Source: Felis catus
Taxonomy: Eukaryota
Length of the DNA stretch: 64,000 bases
Assembly (NCBI RefSeq): GCF_018350175.1
Contig: NC_058382.1
Span: forward strand, 58,220,001 to 58,284,000
Direction: 5' to 3'
Translations under genes and position numbers: made by a program
Notes under the pieces: generated by a model
Told to the model about the DNA's origin: nothing
Seen by the model: the letters and a program-made list of their open reading frames with translations, nothing else
Databases searched by the model: none
Shown: piece after piece, positions 60,134 to 64,000 of the stretch
How positions within the stretch are numbered: position 1 is the stretch's first letter
Layout: each line of letters begins with the position of its first letter

Positions 60134-63100
60134 CATCCTAAGCACAGTCACAAATGCAGAGTCTTACCTGAAAGAGAGGCTGTCCTCAGTTGGTACTGGC
60201 CTCAGAACTTTCTGGATTCTCCCAGAAAGAGGGGGAAGTCCGAGCCCAGAATCAGACTTGAATTTTCATCCTGTCCGTGGTGCTGTGTCGCTTGAATCAG
60301 ATCACTGAACCTCTCTGGCGGATAGGGGTCAGATCTGGGGGGCGTTTGGAGGAGGGGGTGTTCTTGCGGTCTTTGGAACAGAGAGAGGAAAGGGAGACCT
60401 GGCGGGGCACAGATCTGGAATGCTCCCCAGGCTTGGGGACGACGTGTTGGTTAAGAACGTAATGAAAAAGTGTGTGACGCCCGGAGGGCTGGGGTCCCTC
60501 GTCCTGAACTCTGGACAGTGTCAGGGAGAGCGTTCACCCCCTTCTGCAGAGACGGTCTGCAGGGAAAGATGTTTTTCTTTCCCCTCCCGGGCCTGTGTTC
60601 TGTCTCCTGTCCCTTCACTGTGTCCCCTCTCAGAGAGCAGGCCGGACAAGGTGGCCCCGAGGCTCTTTGCTGCAGATTCCTGCCTTCTGTGCCCCATGGG
60701 CCACCCTGGGACTTGTCTGCCTCTCCCCGCTCTCCGCGGTGAAGGAGCCCTGGCCTGGTCGCCTGGGGGAGCCGTGAGAGTGCCCCCTGCCTTGGATCCC
60801 CCTCCTCCCCTCCCAGATAGCAGGCCTGGCTTTCACTGGGGTGCCCACACCCCCCCAGAGAACCTGACTCTCTAGTTCTGTGTCCCACCTCCACATACGC
60901 ACAGAGAAAACAACTTGGATCTTTCGGGAATTGCCAGGATAATTCACTCGTGCTGACGAAAGCACCGGCATTCCTAATTCCTAGGGGACACCTAATCCCC
61001 CTGGACCCCAGCTCCCTGGCCACCTCAGAGGAGCCAGGCCGAGGCCAGGGGACTGTCCCTCCCGGGGGTCGCCAGGCAGGGAAGGGGCTCCAAGCAGATA
61101 CTCTGGGCTGGGGCTGCTCCCCCAACAGCTGAGCGCCAGGGAGGGGTGGCCTGGTTGGCGGGAGCTTCCATTCTCCCAAAAGTTCTGTGCAGGTGGGTTC
61201 GGGGGCGCCAGCCCCCCTGGTGTGCGTGTGCAGTCCCGGAATGGAGCGAGAGGTGTGTGCACTGTGCCGGAGAGAGAGGCCGTGGGCGAATTGGGGTGAC
61301 AGGGTGGGGGGTGGCTCCAGCAGCCACAGCGCCGTGGGCGCCCCCCACACCCTCCTCCCTCCCACTCCCCCTAATTATTTTCCTCGGATGTTGTGAATTA
61401 AATCTAACAGTAACCACAGGAGACGGCTCCGGGTAAGGCCCAGCTCACATCTCCATGCGCCGATAGAAGTTGTTAAATGAATAATGTTGACTTACGCTGG
61501 GGACCCAATTCTCTCTGAATACAATTCCCCTTTGAGTTTCCAGGGAGCTTCGTGGAGAAAACGTAAAAATAACAAACACGTCTCCGTATCAGAGGTTGGT
61601 GATGCTGCTTTGAATTCTTTTGGGGGAGAGAGGCGGGGAAAAATAAGTTAAAATTAATTTTTAAAAGAGGATCACGCCCCAAGTCAGATGTCAGAGCAAG
61701 CTGGGACGCCGAGGTTCTGGAAGGGTGAGCCCCAGGGCTCCCCCCCCCCCCCCCCCGCCCCCCGCCACCTGCTGAAAATGTAGGTCCCTGGGCTCCACCC
61801 GGGACCCACCCCCCAAATCAGAAAGTGGGGGAGGTGCAAGGGGGGGATGGTGCCCCTGGCAGCCTGCTTCCTGGGTGGGGGGTGGAGCTTGGAGGTCACA
61901 GGTTAAGGGAGCAGTGGGCTGGGCCTTGAGGGCCACTTCCTGTGCAGGCGCTGCCCTGGCCAGCTGTGACAACAGGTGCTTAAATTTCACCTGTCTGGCT
62001 GTTCCGCGTCGCCGAGAGAAACCACACAGGCAGTGGAGGGGGCTGGGAGAAACGCTTTGCATGGCCCCTCCCTCCCTGCCCCCCCCCCTTCCTCTTAGAC
62101 CCCGGCCAGATGTCACCTGCGAGAGAGGTGAGCTTGCCTGGCGTGGCCAGGGCCCTGAGACGCCCCTCTGTGCAGCAGAAGGGTGGCGGTCACCCCCTTA
62201 CTCCTCCCCCGGGGACAGAGGGCCAGGCAGGGACCCCTGGGAGCATCTGAGGCGGAGACCGGGGCCCTGCTCGTGCACCCTGCACTTGGGGACGGCCTCC
62301 AGGTGTTGTGCCAACTGTTCCTCGCCCAGCCGCGTGCAGCCTGCCGGGGACACCGGGGTCACCTCGAACAGCGCGGCTTCCAGCGGGACCTGCTTGTAAG
62401 GCGCCACCCCGGGTTATTAGCGAACAGCAGTGGCCGCGCTCGCAGATGGGGTCAGGCGGCGTGGGGACTTTCCCAAGGTCAGGAAGCAATTTGCAGGCCG
62501 AGCCAGGAATAGAACTCCTGAGCTGGGCTGCGCTAACCCCGGGCTCAAATTGCTAGCCGGGCAGGTCTGTGCGGGGAGCAGCGGGGAGCAGGCCTCGGGT
62601 CAGGAGGGAGCCGCCACGAGCCCTGTATGTGGGCCAAGGGGAGGGGCCGGGAGCTCTCATCCCTGGTGGACGCGGAAGGCCCACTCGGCTGTTGCCGTCC
62701 ATCCTGCAAGGAGGCCGGTTTGAACTCCGGCCTGCAGAGGTTGGTGTGGAGCGGGCATGGCAGCTCGTGGCTGGGAAGGCTCTCGGGGCGCGCCTGTCTG
62801 TGTATTTCTTGTAAGAGCATCGGGAGTGTTGGAAAAAGCAACCCACGATCCAGCGTTTGTTTCCCTGGCGGCTCTTTGCAGAACGCTCCGGGTCCTCTCG
62901 GGGGGGAGGGATCGGTGTGGCATCCGAGATGTGGCCTCTGCAACGGCTGATGGAAAAAGCTGCATCCTAACAACTCTGGAAAGGCCCCGGCGTTCTAGCA
63001 AGAGAGGGTTCCGAGTGTACCGTCCGGGAGGTTCCCACGTTCTGTTTTTGGCTGGGTTTCTCTCGGGGCAGGAAGGACGCGCGCAGCCTTCGTTGCTGAT

Positions 63101-63139
63101 AAAGGTTTGTGTCCTCCTAGGGGCTTTCTAATTTCCTTT

Positions 63140-63420
63140 AAATCAATTCGGCAAACGTTTATTTAAGAGCTGGTGAAGGCCCAGAAAGAAGTGAGGCTGG
63201 ATTGATGGCTCTCCACCACAGTAAAGAATGCTGAAGTCACCCCGGGTAGGGGAAGGTCGACTTCCACTAGAGGGGGTTAGAGCCACGTCCAGGAAGGCTC
63301 CTTGGAGGAGGCGGAATTTAAGCCAGGGCCTGAGGGAAGAGGTAAGCTGTAAACTAGGGAGATTTGGGGAGGGCTGGGAAGGGTGCACCCCGCAGTGGGT
63401 GCTGCCCGAGCAAAGGTACG
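63140..63420 (-). mobile_element. L2 3' fragment
   Basis: caattcggcaaacgtttatttaagagc...caggaaggctccttggaggaggcggaatttaagccagggcctgaggga. Confidence 0.6.
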
Positions 63421-64000
63421 AGATGCTCTTAAGTCCGCGTTAACCTGTGTGGAGAGGATCGGGGGACATGGCCAGGACAGGCAGGCGTGGTGGGGGCCTT
63501 GGGTGTGTAAAGAGACTATGTGAGACACTTCCAGAACGGCCTGTGCAGGGGGTGGGGGTGGGAAATGTGGGGAGGAAGAGACACGGGTGCAGGGAGGGTG
63601 CTGGGTCACAGCGGGACGCCCAGGTTGAGAGTGGGGTGAGGCAGGGGAGGCGGCACGGCCTCTGGTGCCAGGCTGGAGGCCCTGGTGGGAGGCAGGGGTT
63701 CTGGGATGGGAGCACGGTAGACGGAGGCCAGAAGGGCCACGCAGGAGGGAAAGCCAAGTCCCGTCTTGGGGCACACAGGTGGAAATGGAGAGAGGGGACA
63801 GTGCACCAGTGCCTCCAACCTTCCCCCGGGGGCCCTGCGGACACCTGGGCACCTCAGACACCGGGCGAAAAGCACCAGCAGCTTCCAACAGAGGAAATGA
63901 CGCTTTCAACGGAATCCTCCCTCTTTGATTATTTCCAGTGGGGAGGCCAAATTATAAGGACATAAATACGACAAGAGCTGGGGTGGGTGGCCAAGCCCTG

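Noticed and set aside
1..64000. CRISPR arrays, operons or other prokaryotic systems
   Set aside because: The sequence is mammalian, with no regularly spaced repeat-spacer units or prokaryote-like gene density.

Overview
GC-rich mammalian genomic DNA from a carnivore, most likely a felid, judged from multiple SINEC/Can-SINE tRNA-derived elements with the feline-type layout. There is no long protein-coding sequence. The long ORFs in the track are GC or low-complexity artefacts. The one credible coding segment is a 37-nt first coding exon on the + strand (22203-22239, MFGLKPPLYYLP-G|gtaag) in a ~4 kb CpG island. From memory it matches the alternative N-terminus of GSE1 (CoREST/HDAC-complex subunit), whose shared exon 2 (G|GC ATG AGC = G-MSHEPKS...) is not in this window. 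The rest looks intronic: AT-rich, TAAT-dense candidate conserved non-coding elements in a GC-rich background, old repeats (MIR, L2, L1M, MLT1, MER3/MER5A/MER20/MER58A), Can-SINEs and a 1.1 kb (CCTT/CCCT)n tract. The most interesting signals are: (1) a candidate 57-nt cassette exon at 48649-48705 that reads in-frame TAA-TGA-ATG and then re-encodes a near copy of the first exon's end (MYYLSPG vs LYYLPG); (2) a strong-Kozak 3-codon uORF 8 nt before the main ATG; (3) old L1 fragments rewritten A/T->G/C into CpG-island-like DNA; (4) a poly(A)-only retro-insertion with a clear TSD. Repeat subfamily names are recalled from consensus sequences, not computed.
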